Source: Guillardia theta CCMP2712
Lineage: Eukaryota > Protista > Cryptophyta
Direction: 5' to 3'
Length of the DNA stretch: 64,000 bases
Assembly: GCF_000315625.1 (NCBI RefSeq)
Contig: NW_005434641.1
Span: 611,465 to 675,464, forward strand
Shown here: one piece after another, positions 63,990-64,000 of the stretch
Position numbering within the stretch: position 1 is the stretch's first letter
How the letters are laid out: every line of letters starts with the position of its first letter
The notes under the pieces: generated by a model
Seen by the model: only the letters and a program-made list of their open reading frames with translations
Database searches by the model: none
What the model was told of the DNA's origin: nothing
Program-made: the position numbers and the translations under genes

Positions 63990-64000
63990 TAGGGTTTAGG
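63990..64000 (+). repeat. Start of the next telomeric repeat tract (window edge)
   Basis: TAGGGTTTAGG. Confidence 0.9.

Overview
Eukaryotic, gene-dense DNA with many short (~40-50 nt) GT-AG introns, (TTTAGGG)n telomeric repeats and a bipartite-type plastid presequence. A cryptophyte alga (Guillardia/Hanusia-like) is the likely source, by inference only. The first ~56.5 kb holds ordinary host genes: a pseudokinase, a TTLL tubulin glutamylase, a kelch protein, a SHAQKYF MYB, a Cys/His-repeat protein, an ABCD transporter, GPKOW/Spp2, a B-box protein, a CxxC-less PDI-like protein, an MLLE+SLBP fusion, NDUFB3, VTE4 and an RWP-RK factor. These are separated by GGGGT-rich tracts and GC-rich palindrome-rich islands. 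The last ~7.1 kb looks like a chromosome end. It is a head-to-tail array of a ~2.7 kb element, each copy bracketed by short (TTTAGGG)n tracts. A complete unit has one ~715-aa ORF with RRM-like (LINE ORF1p-like) segments, three 76-bp 3' repeats carrying GNRA hairpins, an AATAAA and a (TAA)6 tail fused in register to TAGGG. No reverse transcriptase is recognisable. The best reading is a telomere-repeat-targeting, ORF1-only non-LTR retroelement; a Y'-like recombinational array is the alternative. All alignments and counts were done by eye.
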